From the NCBI RefSeq assembly GCF_022539665.2, contig NC_081332.1:2604001-2668000 (forward strand): a stretch of DNA of 64,000 nucleotides. Direction: 5' to 3'. Each line of letters begins with the position of its first letter. The first letter of the stretch is position 1. The translations under genes and the position numbers were made by a program. Below the pieces are notes generated by a model that saw nothing but the letters and a program-made list of their open reading frames with translations, had not been told where the DNA came from and made no database searches. Of the stretch, positions 13,701 to 26,634 are shown piece by piece. Source of the stretch: Daphnia carinata. Lineage: Eukaryota.

Positions 13701-16108
13701 TATGATGATTGGTCATTACCTTATTGGCCAGAATGCAACACAGATTAGCAATTGGTGCATTATCGGAGATGATTGTCGCTTTCGGCTAATTCGGTGCTCT
13801 ATATCCTCCTATTGTGCGAAGAATTAAATAGGGACAAAATAAAGTTTCTAATAAAATTCGAGAAAACATGCTAGGGCTCTAAATATTTGTTATGCGCAAG
13901 AAGGACCAATTGTTCAAAAAATCAGGAGGTACTAAACCCAGAACATAAAATTGGGAATAAGAAAAGTGTGACCAAGAAAACAACAGTTAAGAAGCGAAAC
14001 AAGATCAAACGAAAAGTTGCTATATCACACTTATAACACAAGACAGATTTGTAGTATCCGATTGCATTTTTGATAGGCGTGTAAGGCCGAAAAACTAAAC
14101 AAAAATGGACGAACGTAGCCAGCTGTTAACTGAAGTAATAACGGACCACTTTAAATTTCTTTTTGGTAGTCGTGCAAAAGGATGAGACAATCAACGGTAC
14201 ATATTGGGAATTTCTTTGTCTTCAGGGCAATAATAAAACACTGCTTTTTATCAACATTTTTTCTACTGAAACAAAGCTATTTTAATAATTAGGACGACAA
14301 ACAAAAGCTGTGTACCCGTATTAGCTTTTGGCTTGACAACCATCACAACTCTTTTTAGACAATCAAGTTAATTTCTGAACTTATTAAAGTCACTTAACAG
14401 CATATTACATTTATCCAGGTTTCATTGTAATAAAACTCATGGATTACTGTAATCTTAAACCTACAATAGTATCGAGCCTAAAAAGTTGTTACCTAACTGG
14501 TAGTTCATGTATTTGGCACAGCTTATCCTCCTCATTGGTTCAGCAGCAGAAGAACACGAGATGTTTTCAGGTTGAAACATCTGTTGTTCTATGATTGTTA
14601 ATGTAAATGGAAACTCAATAACTGTCAACAGGTGAAACCCATATGTAACAAGACTCACCTATGACTTCAACACGTGTCCTAGTGGTAAGATTCCAAGAAG
14701 TTTATTTGTAGTGTTCCATGGACTAGTGAGGATAAATGCCAATTGAGTTGTTTTCTTACTGAGATGCTGTTCACATTTTATTACCTGAAGTTATGTAACA
14801 ACTCAGTAAAGGCTTTTTCAAAGTTCATTAATAGAAAATATTTTAAAATAGCCTATTGGTAAATTACTTGCATTTTCAGTGTCTTCTCAACAGCTGCCTC
14901 CAGTGCTGATTGCTTTTAATTTTCATCACAATTTACAATGTGTGATGTTTGTACATTGGCTCTTTCCACAGTTGAATTAACTTAAATGATCATCAAGATA
15001 GGACAAAATCTTTTTCAAGCGGTTCAAATCCATGGTAAAAAATAAATTTTCATTTACCAGGATTGCCTAGTATTTCAACTTGTAACCACCAGAATGCAGA
15101 ATAACTAACAGAGAAATCAATTGAAATTAAACCAATTACGAACTTAAATACTAAAATACTACAACTTACTTGGAAATTGTTTTACGTGTCCTACACCTGC
15201 AAATAAAATAACTTTTAATATGCCATACACATAATGAGATACTGCTTTTTAAATGCTTTCTTTCATTAAAACAAATGAGTAAAGGTCAAGGCAATTCATT
15301 TTCGTGTTCAACATCCAGTTTTCAACGGACGAAACCTGATAATTTAGGAACACATCTACATCTTGACCAAAACAAAAAAAACACATTGAATGTCTGCTTT
15401 TTTGCAACAAAACTGTAAAAAAAGGGGATTACAAGTAAAATACTGATTTTCAATTAAGGAATTGGACAGATAACTTTCAAATTGATATCCTAAAACCACT
15501 TTCAAAGTTCTTGAATTGATCACTCCAGTCTATTCTACGTTTTTTTAATAAATTTTTTTCCTGCTTCATTTAATGTGCTTTTTGGTGTTGCCCTAACAAC
15601 AATGATCAATATTCTATTTAAGAGTTGAACCAGAATAGCATCTAAGGTGGTCATCTCTATTACCACCGTCACTCGGACGGTGAAATTTTTTTCCAACACA
15701 TTAATTATAATAAGAAAATTCGTATAACGCTAGTAATATTGAACACAGTATTAATCCTAAGTTAAAAAGATTAACGAATACTATTTACCTGAGGTCTCAT
15801 TCCTTATAAAAAGTGAGACATCTTCGCGGTTAAAAACAAAGTCGTATAATGGCGTAATTTATGCGTCCGATGCCAAATTTACGAAAAGGAAAAATAAAAT
15901 GGTGTTGGCATTTGGCAACCTTGGCAGATGGCTAGGGCCGGCGCCAATCGGCATCTCTACTCTATAAAGAAAGGATAACGGGCAACTATAGTGGCCCTTT
16001 TGGCAGACTGAGGGTGGGTGGACGGGCAGAAACTGTGGGGAATCGACGGGCAAAGGCAAAGAATTGTTGAACGCAAAAAAAAAAATATTTAAATAATATA
16101 ACAATAAA

Positions 16109-16167
16109 GATTCGAACCCGTGAAATCAGCATGGCATCCGCGAACTATACCACAGCGCCATACACCA
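16109..16167 (-). pseudogene. Degenerate tRNA-like element (Gly-GCC-like), 3' truncated; Pol III A/B boxes
   Basis: Reverse strand TGGTGTA TGGCGCTGTGG..GCGGATGCCATGCT..CGGGTTCGAATC: A box, GCC loop and B box at tRNA spacing; the 3' acceptor strand is missing. Confidence 0.55.
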
Positions 16168-16246
16168 CTTACAAATACCACGTACATATGTACATAATGT
16201 ACCTATTTGAACGGGTGACACCCAAAGTAAAATTAGTTTGGAATGT

Positions 16247-16318
16247 GCGGTCCTGGCACAATGGCTATAGCCCTCGCTTGGCACTCAGAAGACCCGGGTT
16301 CAAATCCCGCCACCGCCA
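16247..16318 (+). pseudogene. Degenerate tRNA-like element (Ala-like) or tRNA-derived SINE head
   Basis: GCGGTCC TGGCACAATGG..CTCGCTTGGCA..CCGGGTTCAAATCCCG..ACCGCCA; 72 nt with A and B boxes, but anticodon and acceptor stems pair poorly. Confidence 0.6.
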
Positions 16319-17515
16319 ATTTCCAAGCCATTCAAGATCTGCTCCCCCCACCCACTACCACCCATCATTGAAGATTCTTCACAACGGATTCGCAAGATTT
16401 CATTCATCGGTCGACATCATTCTACATCCTCATCACATTGGATTCGCAAGATTCTACCTCAAGAAGAAGAAAAGGAAGAGAGAAGAGGAAAAAATGAAGA
16501 AAGAAGAAAAGAAAACAGAAGAGCCATGCCTACTACATAGGGGCTTAAATGGCACAAAATAACGATCTGTAGTACCGTCCACTACATTAAAGATCGACCA
16601 ACAAACTTGAGGTAGAGAGGAGGTAATCGGAACTCGTAGGCTGTTCGTAAGCCTCCCCATGGCCACTAGGTTCATGGATGCAGGCAGCTTATCATCGGGC
16701 AATGTGACCCTCCTCGATACCAAAGAGTTTTTTGTTTTCCTTACCACCTGGCAATTTGATTTATTTATATTTTTTTTTCTAGCACGATATAATGCTAAAT
16801 TTGCCAGCAATGAATTGATTACGAATAAACATAAAGTCAATCGATAGGTTGACGATATAGGTTTCAAAACATTTGTCAATCGATACTCTATTGCCAAACA
16901 ATGGGTCAAACTATACCGGGAATGTATGGGTGTATGGTGGCAGGAGAAAATAAGAAGGCAAAATCAAGACAATGATGTACACGTAAATAGCAATAACTAA
17001 TAAACGGGAAAAAAAGGCGCAATCGCTGATCTGATTCTCCGTACGAACAAGGTTACTCTGTACTTATAATTTTTCTACTCTGGGCAGGAGTCGACATTGG
17101 AACAAAATAGAATAACATGATGAAAATAACCACCGTACTTGGGGAAGAGAAAGAGTGAAGATATGCTGACAAAATAAAAAATGCAGCAACATAACTCGAC
17201 CAAGCGGAATCCGCAAAACACATCCCTCATCATCATATGATACAGCAAATTTAAACATGTTAATACAATACAGTCTGGCAGATACACTTTCAAACTGTCA
17301 ATGAAAAGGAAGGCCGCGATCGGAAATAATGATACGTGTGCAATATATAGTTACAAACAGCCAGTCTATCTAATTGGCCTATGGTAGCCACAAGAGAAAG
17401 AGACAATTTCCAGTCATCTTATCCAGTCAGACCCAAGTGAAGTTATTCGAATATTTTTGTGCTTTTGCACTAGGCATTTTGTAAATGTTGAATCTGCTTA
17501 GATAACCAAGACAAA

Positions 17516-20500
17516 TCACCTGTTGAAAATGTTGTTGTAGTTGTTGAGTAAAGCTTCGACTACAAGATTCTGTTGCATCATGTCGAGCGCCAAGTTGTTG
17601 GACACGGTGGCTGCCCACATCAGAGTTGGCCCGAAGACGATGGCCAAATTGGAAATGTGCATGCGGTTATGCTCGCGGTACTCGGTAATTTTGAGCAAAT
17701 GGCGCAAAAGGTACTGCAACGTATCGTAATTCTCCGTCGGCAATGATTCAACGATTTCTAGATCAATCACATTTTGTTATGCCACTCGAATTCAATTGTA
17801 TTTCCTTAACATACCTCGATATCGCCGTATTCGTTCCGGATTAGGTCCCTGATAATTGGTCGCTTGCAAAGCTTTCTCAAAGAGTGGGCACGGGATAAGC
17901 GGCTCCTTCAGTTCACGGAAGAAGAGTTTCAGGCAACCCGTCAATACATGAACATCGTCTTCGATTTCCAAGATGGCCCAGTTGTACTGGTCGACCTGTT
18001 TGCAAGCAAATTTGAAAATGCGATTCAAATAAATAATATTTTTGCTTGAAATTACCTGGCAACGAATCTTTTGAATTTGAGAAAGATTTCCGCTAGCTCG
18101 ATAAATTCCATCTGCTTTCATGTTCTCCAATTTGCTCTCAATCAGTTGAATGACTTGCTGGACAAATTTGGGCACAGTGGACTCATCGGCCTGGCAGAGT
18201 GCCGCCAAGTGGCAGCCAAACACTGGCTCATCCTTCCAGATGCCTTTTCTGACTAACGTGTCGACCGTCGGTCTGCGCACGAAAAATTTGCGCAATTTGT
18301 CTCTCAAATTTTTTTGCCTTTCCGGGGCGGTTCCTGAACCAACTGCCGTCAGGTCCTCCGTACTACCAAGGAAAGGCACTTTGGTGGATTTGGTCCGTCC
18401 CAGCCGGTTCTTCTTACTGCCTTGTTTCACCAAACTGCTATTGTTGCTGAAACTCATTGGCACATCGGGGGAGGGCGGACTGAGAAAATGGTGCGAGTCA
18501 TTGCGTTTGTGCCCGAACTCTGGCGAGAAATTTTTGCTTTCTAACGACAATTTGTGGGGTCTAGTGTTAATCGACGGAGACGGTGACGGGTAATGATTTG
18601 TTGTCTCTGCAATGTGCAAAGGACATGATGTCAAACGGTGTCGTATGTTCAAATGGTCAGCTATTTTACCTTTCGTGCCGCAGGGTAAGCGCTGAATGGC
18701 ACGTTTGATTTCGTTATACCAAACAACGGCGTTGGTCTCATCTTCGTCTTGCAATAGGAGCTGAACGCCGAGAAGGGTCGAAACTTGGAAAACGCCTTTA
18801 CGACTCGATTTGACGGCTGCCCATTCGATAGTCGCTCCGTTCAAATCAACACACAATTCCGGTTTGTTGGTTCCAGTCGGTGATCCAGCAGCAGCGGCAG
18901 ACATTTTCGTGCTACAAGATGAAATTGGCTTTTCAAATTCCGGTTAAAGAGCTGGGAAATACAAGTAACTTACCTGGTTTCTTTAAAGAGGAAGAGAAAT
19001 AAGTCTGTCAACACGACCCACGAGGAAGTCCAATTTTTGCGAATTTTCTTGCCATTCTCCGTCAATTTGGTTTTGTGTAACACACCTTGTTGTAGAACTC
19101 TCTGTTTCGTTTTTTTTTTTTGGTAAGTTAAGATAAGATAATTATTCGATTTGTCCAAAGGTGTTTGTTTAGTATTTTAAGAAAATTAAAGCTAAATAAG
19201 CATGTGACGAGATTAGTGGCAAACACAGCTATCAACACAGAATAGATGAAACACAAAAGCCAATTAGAAGTGCAGCTCCCCATTAAAAGGTGCAACTCGT
19301 TAGGTTAGACATGTTACTAAAAGCATCAAAAAATGATGTTTTTTTGTTTTTTTATCGACCGTTGGGTAGGAAAGATATGCCATGACTGCAAGCGACGCTA
19401 CGTTTACTTAATCGACGCGACTGGACGGTACAAACACCGATGCAATCACAAAAATACTCTCTCCCCCCGCCTACCCCTACCATCGTCTCCGACCCCACCT
19501 TAAAAAAAAAAAAAAAAAAACCCAACACGTGACAGCAAAATAAAAGCGGAAAAGAAAAGTCGAGTTGAAACTTACGATATCAAAGTTTGGTAAGGTAATC
19601 ACTTACGATGCTACCCCCTTGCAAATTGGGCCATTGCGGCTGGACATTGCGGGGTAGTGAGGCCGTTTTGCTGGGCGCTAACAACGTCACTCGACTAGTC
19701 TCTCCACTCACATTCTCGACGGCAATGTCCTCGACACAGCCGCTAATGATTCAAGTCGGAGATTACATAAAAACAAAGTAAAGAGAATGGAAATGAATTC
19801 AACTGCTATTGGCAAAAATAAAATAATTTATTAATGTGTTTACCTGAAATTCGTCAAGACCATTGATCGAGTTTTGCTATTACGGTCCGCTTTCGACGTC
19901 CTTTGACGGACTAAATCCCATTTGGATGTCGAAACAGGGACGACTGGCAGTTGCTCGTTCATTTTTGGACTGAGTTTACTGCCTTCCGGATAAAAGACGC
20001 CTTGCTGAATGACCTGCTATGTTATGATTGACGTCAAGGACGAGTCCAATTACATCGTTCCAAATCAATCAATCTTGTTTAATGAGAATAATTCAATTAC
20101 CGGTTCAGTGTCGGGGGACAAAGTCAAACCAGGGACGGACGTGATTTGAGGAAGGGCCCACAGCGATTCGTTGCTGTCCTCTTCATAGAAATAGACACGA
20201 CCCTCGCTGTCCAGAGATGTATACCACTAGACGATGACCCATCAAAGAGAAATCGGAATAATTAACAATTCGAAAAGATCCAAAAGAAAAAAACTTGATT
20301 CTTAAATTATGCGTGAAAAACGCCAAACAAAAACAAAAAACACTAATGAAAAAAAAATGCGCCATTTTCTGTTTGTAGGTCAAATGGATCGATTGCTTTT
20401 AAGGGCACCTCTGCTAGATTATTCGAATGCGATAGTCGGTTTTGCCAGATAAGTGCATCGTTCCAGGAATACGCTTCACAGCCATTGGCGCATGTCAGGA

Positions 20501-23500
20501 TGTGCCCCGGCTCCAGCGTCTCCGATTGACTGTTGTGAAAAAGGATGTGGGTAACGGGAGATTTTTCTATTGCGGCTGAGTGGCAAATATTCGATGGGGT
20601 GGGCGACTGAGAATTGGAACGGCCGGTCACAAACGGCCAAGAATGCCGTTGATGCTGCCAAGATGCATGTAAAGGCGTCTCGTCATCACCAGATTCCGAA
20701 AATAGACTACGAGGGCGGCGATCGGGGCTGTTGGGTAGCGCATCGAGCGGTTGACAAAATTCAATCTCGCAACACTCGGAAAAATGAATCCACGTCTGTC
20801 GGGCAAATTTCAAATTTTCGGCCCAAGTCAAATCACGACTGTCGGTTGCTTCGGAAATGCGAGGAAGAGTTGGTTGTCGAGGACGGGTTTTTCTCCTGCG
20901 CTGTGAGACCAAATCTGGCGATACACTAACAACGTCTTCTAATTTTCCGATGATATCGTTCGTAGCAGACGGAGCCCGTGCGTCAACACACGTTATATCC
21001 GAAGTTGTACAGACTTGTTCGAGTTCCTGAACAGCTAAAACTTGATGAATCCCATCAAACGGTGTGTTGGGCAATCCATCTAAATGTGCAAAACTACCAG
21101 ACTTGTTTGCTACCAAATGCGAACGTTGGTCCTGTTCGTCGGTCGATGCATTTGCGCGGTGAAGACAGGGACACAAGAACTGTAACCATGTCCTACTCAT
21201 GTCATCATCGACTAGGCTTGATTGGATGAAATGATTTCCAATTAATTGTGGCCCTCTCGTCGACAAGTGAACATCTTCACTGGCCGTTTGGTATCGGATG
21301 GAACGCAACCAACGATGGACAGGCGCATCTGCGCAACTACACAGACATGCACGTCGACGAGTGTCCATTTACTAAGCGAGAACTAAACCAACATTCTCTG
21401 AAACAGAATTGAAAAAAAAATCTCTGTCGTTTGACTAGCAAAGCCTATACTCAACAAAATACTTTGTCAGCAGACCGCAGATTTCCATTTCCTTTTTGGT
21501 TAAGAAAATTGAACCGAATTCCGCTGACGAAACGGCAAAAAAAAATAAATAAAAGTTTGCGGTTACGTTGGCTGCAAATTGGATTCGATTGTTATCGCAC
21601 GTAGAAACCCGGGATGTATGCCGATAAAAAAAAAAAAACGCAGCATATCTCTAATGGCTGCATACGCTATAAGAAGATGGGATGAGATCAGTGTTTATAC
21701 CCTTGCTCCTGTGAAGGCGTTGATGTAGACGACTTCGTCAGTAGATGGATCTGTAGATTCGATCCATCCGGGTGGGACAGCCAGTAGGGTGTGGTTTGCG
21801 GCTTGAGCTTCCATAACTGCTTTAGACGCCAGACGTGATTGATGGCTAGTGGTCGATGAATGATGAGACTCGACGCTGCTAGACAGTTGATCACCATCGT
21901 CACATTTCTCTTCCTCGATCGAAATTCCCTATCGAAAACAAAGGAGACATGTGAGTCAGATTAAAAACTCGGCAGGAAGCAGCAAAACTAGACACGATTC
22001 GCATATGCATGAGATGGAAAAGAATTAAAAAACAAAACTTACCCTAGTGATAGGACTGGTTCCTATCCTCCGTGGTGGTTTCCAACTCTTGGCCCGGTTT
22101 TCATTATTGTAATAAAACGGCCGGCCAGATGTTTGGTCCACATATTCAAACCAGTTTTCAAACAGTTCTCGTCTGGGCCGTTGTCGAGGTCCCGGGGAAT
22201 CAGGCGGTGGCTTCGTTAGACTGCTAGTGTTGTTGTTGTTATTCATTTTCGATTTCGCATAATCACTCTGCATTTTTAAAAAACAAAATGCATGAAAATC
22301 ATGTTTAAACGATAATAAAACCTAATACTGATTTTACCCAGGCTGACGGGATGGAATTGAGCGAGTCTTTCGAACTCAAAATATCTTCAGTGGACGAGGC
22401 ATAGTTGGCTTCCAACTCGCTGCCAGATAAATTAGATTCGGATCCCCGTGATATCTTGACTGCTTTCAAGCTAACAGCATCGTCAATCGAACTCTCAAGG
22501 TCCACACTAGAACCCAATTGTTCCTGCGATCCTTTTTCTTGCGCGTCCTTTTCATTTAACAAAAAGAAATAATTTCAAGTTAAATGTCGGTTCAAAGAAA
22601 TTAAGAGAAGATGCTGTTCACACCTCCTTTTCGCTGAAAAGCGGATTGTTGAAACTCATGTTGATGCCAGATTCGTCGCTTTGGATATCGTCCACCACGT
22701 CGACCACAGTCACCGGTCTCAAAAGGTTGACGTAATTATCCTTGACCTCCTTTTTGGTACTAAACGTTGCATTGCTCAATCTAAGCGAGGAAAAAAAAAT
22801 TCAGGGTCACGTGATATGACAACTCGTGCTGATCAGAATCAACTGTAATATTTTTCTTACGTGTTCGGTGTTTGCTTCTGTTGTTGCGCAGTAGTGGCGG
22901 TCGCATTTTCAGTAATAGCTGTGGTTGTATTAACAGTTGATGTTGGTTTAGCCAAAGGAGGTTTGGTATTTTTGGGGGGCAGTCGAGGAGGAGACGATGA
23001 ACTGGACTGACCCATATTCCCAGCAGACCGCTCCATCGATTCGGATGAGGAACGACGCGGTGGAGGGATGGGGTGGGGATAGGACAGGGGCGTCTGGATT
23101 TGTTGCGCCAACTTTTCAAACGACTCTGATAAGCGGCGATTGTGACTCACAAGAGGCGACGAAGGTGGAGGGGAAGAACGATTCAAAATCGTTTCGTTAT
23201 TAACTGCATTGGAAGGAGTTCGTTTCGACACGACACTAGTGTTGGCTGATCCTCCAGCAGAGGAGGCAGCGGATCGGAGAGGTATCACTCGAGAGTAATT
23301 GTCCGCTTTGGCTGGACGGGCTGGTGACACTGACACGACTGATGAAACGTTAACTGCGCCTTGATTGGGATTCCTTTTGGGAGGGAGAGCTGGAGCCTTA
23401 TCAATATTCTTATCAGCATCACCTGCATCACTGCACTCCCGTTGGTTTACACTCGTCGTCGGCGTTTTATCTCGCACTCTGACGAGACTCGACTGATTTT

Positions 23501-24455
23501 CTTGCTGGGCTGAAAGACGCGGTGGCAGTGGCGGAGCGGCCAACAGCGACTGCATTGAGCGACGCTGGTGATGTTGTTTCGGATTGATATTGGCTGTTTC
23601 TTCTTCCTTCAGAGGATGACGATGATGGCGTGAGGACTGTCCCATCAAGTGAACAGATGGGGGAGGAGTTGACTCTTCTACAGCCCAAGATTTCCGTCGT
23701 TCCCACAGATCTTTTGAGATTCGTGGTTTCTTGAATCTATCGACCAAGGACTCGCTTTTTAGTTGTCTGCCGATGCTACTGCTGCTCCTATTGTGTATAT
23801 TTTCGCCGTTGTGATTCTTGCCTTTTTTCGTGACATCTCCACTAGCTCCGCAAGGCATGTCTTTGATCTCGTTCTCCAAAAGCTCCAGGAACATGATGGC
23901 GTCCATCGAGGTAGACCGCTGTTTACGAAGCTCGGAGTTTGCCGCCTGCCGGATGGACCATTTACTGCCGGAAGATGACCTGTCAGATGGCTGACGAGAA
24001 GTTAATTGCAGGCAATCGTCACTTCGGCTCTCGTTCAAATGTGTGACTGAAGCGGAAGCTGCCGATGAAACGCCAATGTGACGTCGATTGAAATTCAGTT
24101 TATTGTGACCAGATGGATTGATGGCATTATGGCCGTATTTCGAAGCCAGAGATTCGCCACTGCTGAAGGAGGACTGGGAAGACGGAATAGCTTTTTTGGC
24201 CTTGCTGATCCCATCTTCTTGCAGATAGTTGGCAGGGGCATAAAAGGGTTGACTCTTATCTCCTGGTCTTCGCACTTGCCACCAATCTGTATTACTCTTC
24301 TCCAGTAGAATCAGCCGTTCTCCCTCGCGCATTGACACTTCGTTCCCACCATCCTGAGTGCTGGTGCTAGTGGAGTTTGACACTGGATAAGAGTAACTAT
24401 AGAGGACGGTTACTGTGCTTTTCTTCCTCCAGCCTTGAGACTCCATGGGGGCCAT
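17516..24455 (-). CDS. Rho GTPase-activating protein, ARHGAP9/12/15/27 family (SH3-WW-WW-PH-RhoGAP)
   Basis: SH3 (VLYSYSY..EKSNTDWWQV..YAPANY), WW (WFEYVDQTSGRPFYYN..SWKPP; VPPGW..|WYTSLDSEGRVYFY..LWALP), PH (GVLHKTKLTENGKKIRKNWTSSWVVL), RhoGAP (VFGCHL..DGIYRASGN..LKLFFRELKEPL..NLAIVFGPTL). Confidence 0.93.
20343..21368 (-). CDS. 341-codon same-strand intronic ORF; candidate alternative first exon of the RhoGAP
   Basis: Long open frame between the two exons of the second WW region; phase-0 GAG|GTGCCC donor at 20409/20408 would join the WYTSLD exon in frame. Confidence 0.5.
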   Translation of the reverse strand: MDTRRRACLCSCADAPVHRWLRSIRYQTASEDVHLSTRGPQLIGNHFIQSSLVDDDMSRTWLQFLCPCLHRANASTDEQDQRSHLVANKSGSFAHLDGLPNTPFDGIHQVLAVQELEQVCTTSDITCVDARAPSATNDIIGKLEDVVSVSPDLVSQRRRKTRPRQPTLPRISEATDSRDLTWAENLKFARQTWIHFSECCEIEFCQPLDALPNSPDRRPRSLFSESGDDETPLHASWQHQRHSWPFVTGRSNSQSPTPSNICHSAAIEKSPVTHILFHNSQSETLEPGHILTCANGCEAYSWNDALIWQNRLSHSNNLAEVPLKAIDPFDLQTENGAFFFH

Positions 24456-26634
24456 TGGTCCTGGTTCTCTTGCAGGACTGCACCTGGTATTGATGACACA
24501 ATAATTAAGTACACCTTTCAAGCGAGTGCATTGACAGTGAAATGTATGAGGAAAACGAAAGCAATGTAGCTGACTACCACCTCCACATTTATTTTCCCTG
24601 TTCAATACTTAAAGCTGATAAAACTTATCTAAGGAATTTGAAATACTCTACTATAGTTTCCTGTAAGGCAAGCTGAAAGCACTGTTTACACAATCTTATC
24701 TGCTAAGCCCTGTAGTTCACGAAAATAGTCATGCCATTACGAAATGTTGAAGTATCTCTTTTGAAAGCAAAAACCTGTCAAGTACTGCTTTCTTTGAAAC
24801 AACTAAAATTAAGCTGTATCACTTTGGTGAAATAAATCACAGGGATACCATTGAATGGATTCCACACTAATCATGATGGTGCAACAGGGTGAGCAAGCAT
24901 GCACCCTTCACAGGGGACTGCGTGGACAACTCTTAGGGATACTTGGAACCTTCAGTTTGAATAATAAAGAAACACTCTGCAACAGCTACTATGGACTTGT
25001 AAACATATACAACAACCGTTGTTCCACATAACACCCGTTGGTGGTTTCGAGTCGTGTACCACAGGCAAAGAGCAGAATGGAATGGAAAAATTATAGAACC
25101 TCACCTCTCTCATCATTAGATCGGGCAAAAAAAAACAGAAACACACATGCGCCAAAAATGAATAGTACCAGTTACGGGATTCGGGGGCGTGAATGAAAAC
25201 GGAAAAAAAATATATAGATAGAATTCCCACGAAACCGAGAGAAATAAAAACAAAACACTTGTGGAATGTCAGTAACGTTTTCCACTGGAGAACCCAAGAG
25301 CAGAGAGAACTTTAGAGGTGGGGTGGAGGATCGGGTTTGGCAACTTGTTGCTCACACTTCTCTTTACATCACGTGGTATTTATTTTAATTTCCGTTTTAA
25401 GCCTATTGTACGAGGACCAATGACACCTTTTTTTTCCTCGAATTTTTATGATATCAAGTTCGGATCGAATCTGAATACGGCTCTTGGCACAATGAAAACT
25501 ATGCAGAGAACGGAAAAAAAGAAACGGTTTGGACTGCAAATGAATTCAAATGGTAAAAAAAAGTGCAATTTAACGGGTTGGTGGTGATATAAATCTATCC
25601 AACAGCTGACAAGGATGTAATGCGCCATATGGTCATTTTCGCTTTTGAAAACACCAAAATAAAAGGGAGAAAAAGCGTCGGTGGAGAGTTACATTATTTC
25701 GACGGTTATAACGGTAGTCTTCTTCGTCGTCGTAGGTCGATAGGATGGATCTAACGGAGCAAGTCATGTGACACGAGCAGTAACGAACAAAACACAACAT
25801 GTTGCTGCAAACGTTATTTGGCGCTACCGACAATTTCCTCGGATGACGTCATGCGCCATCGCTAGGAAGAGGGAACAGCTACAAAATTTTTGCTTATTGA
25901 ACCTCATCCAAGTACTCATTGCCAAACTATTTTCTCTCCTTCATGTTTTGAATTGAAACGAAGACACAAGGGGAAAAAATGGCAGAGAAAGTAACAAAAA
26001 CAAGGCTTAACAATGGGCTCTCCCTTTGGCTCTTTCAAGCCTTTCGTACCTCCGGGAGCTTTTTTTTTGTTAGTTACCTGGCGCTGCAACATTAGTGGCC
26101 ACAACGGATCGAGGTCATAGTCGCTTCGGGCTTCCAAGCAATGGCATACTGATGATATGCAAAGAGACGGTCGACAATATCTCAACTCGTCGAAGCAGAA
26201 ATGGTGAACTAGTAATTAAATAGAGTGAAAAAGAACGACGACGACATGACTAGGATGAGCCAAAATTTTTGGCAAGAATGTCCCGCCAACTTGCTTTCAT
26301 CAATGCATGTGGCCTGTGTTCGGCACTCGCATGGAACAGACTACACAGACACAAACTATTGGACAGTTTCACAGCTAAAAGAACACGGAACAAATGAGCT
26401 GGCTCCGTGGTACGATCACCGTAAGCGAATGAAGCGGATATGTACTGTGAAGGGACATTAAAAGAAAGAAAGGTGAAACAGCAGACAACTTTAAAGCTTC
26501 TTGTCTTTTGACCGCTAGATGCCTTTTCCCCTAACGAGAATCACAATAACTATTCACTTTAAACGTGTTCATCCCGTAAATAAATAAACAAACATATCGG
26601 AAAAAAAATCATTACAACCAAACGACATAAATAA

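Noticed and set aside
16247..16318. Functional tRNA gene
   Set aside because: Acceptor and anticodon stems are mismatched, and a GGC anticodon is atypical for eukaryotes.
16131..16909. ORFs 16131..16562 (+) and 16454..16909 (-)
   Set aside because: They run through tRNA-like and GAA-rich repeat sequence; no protein features.
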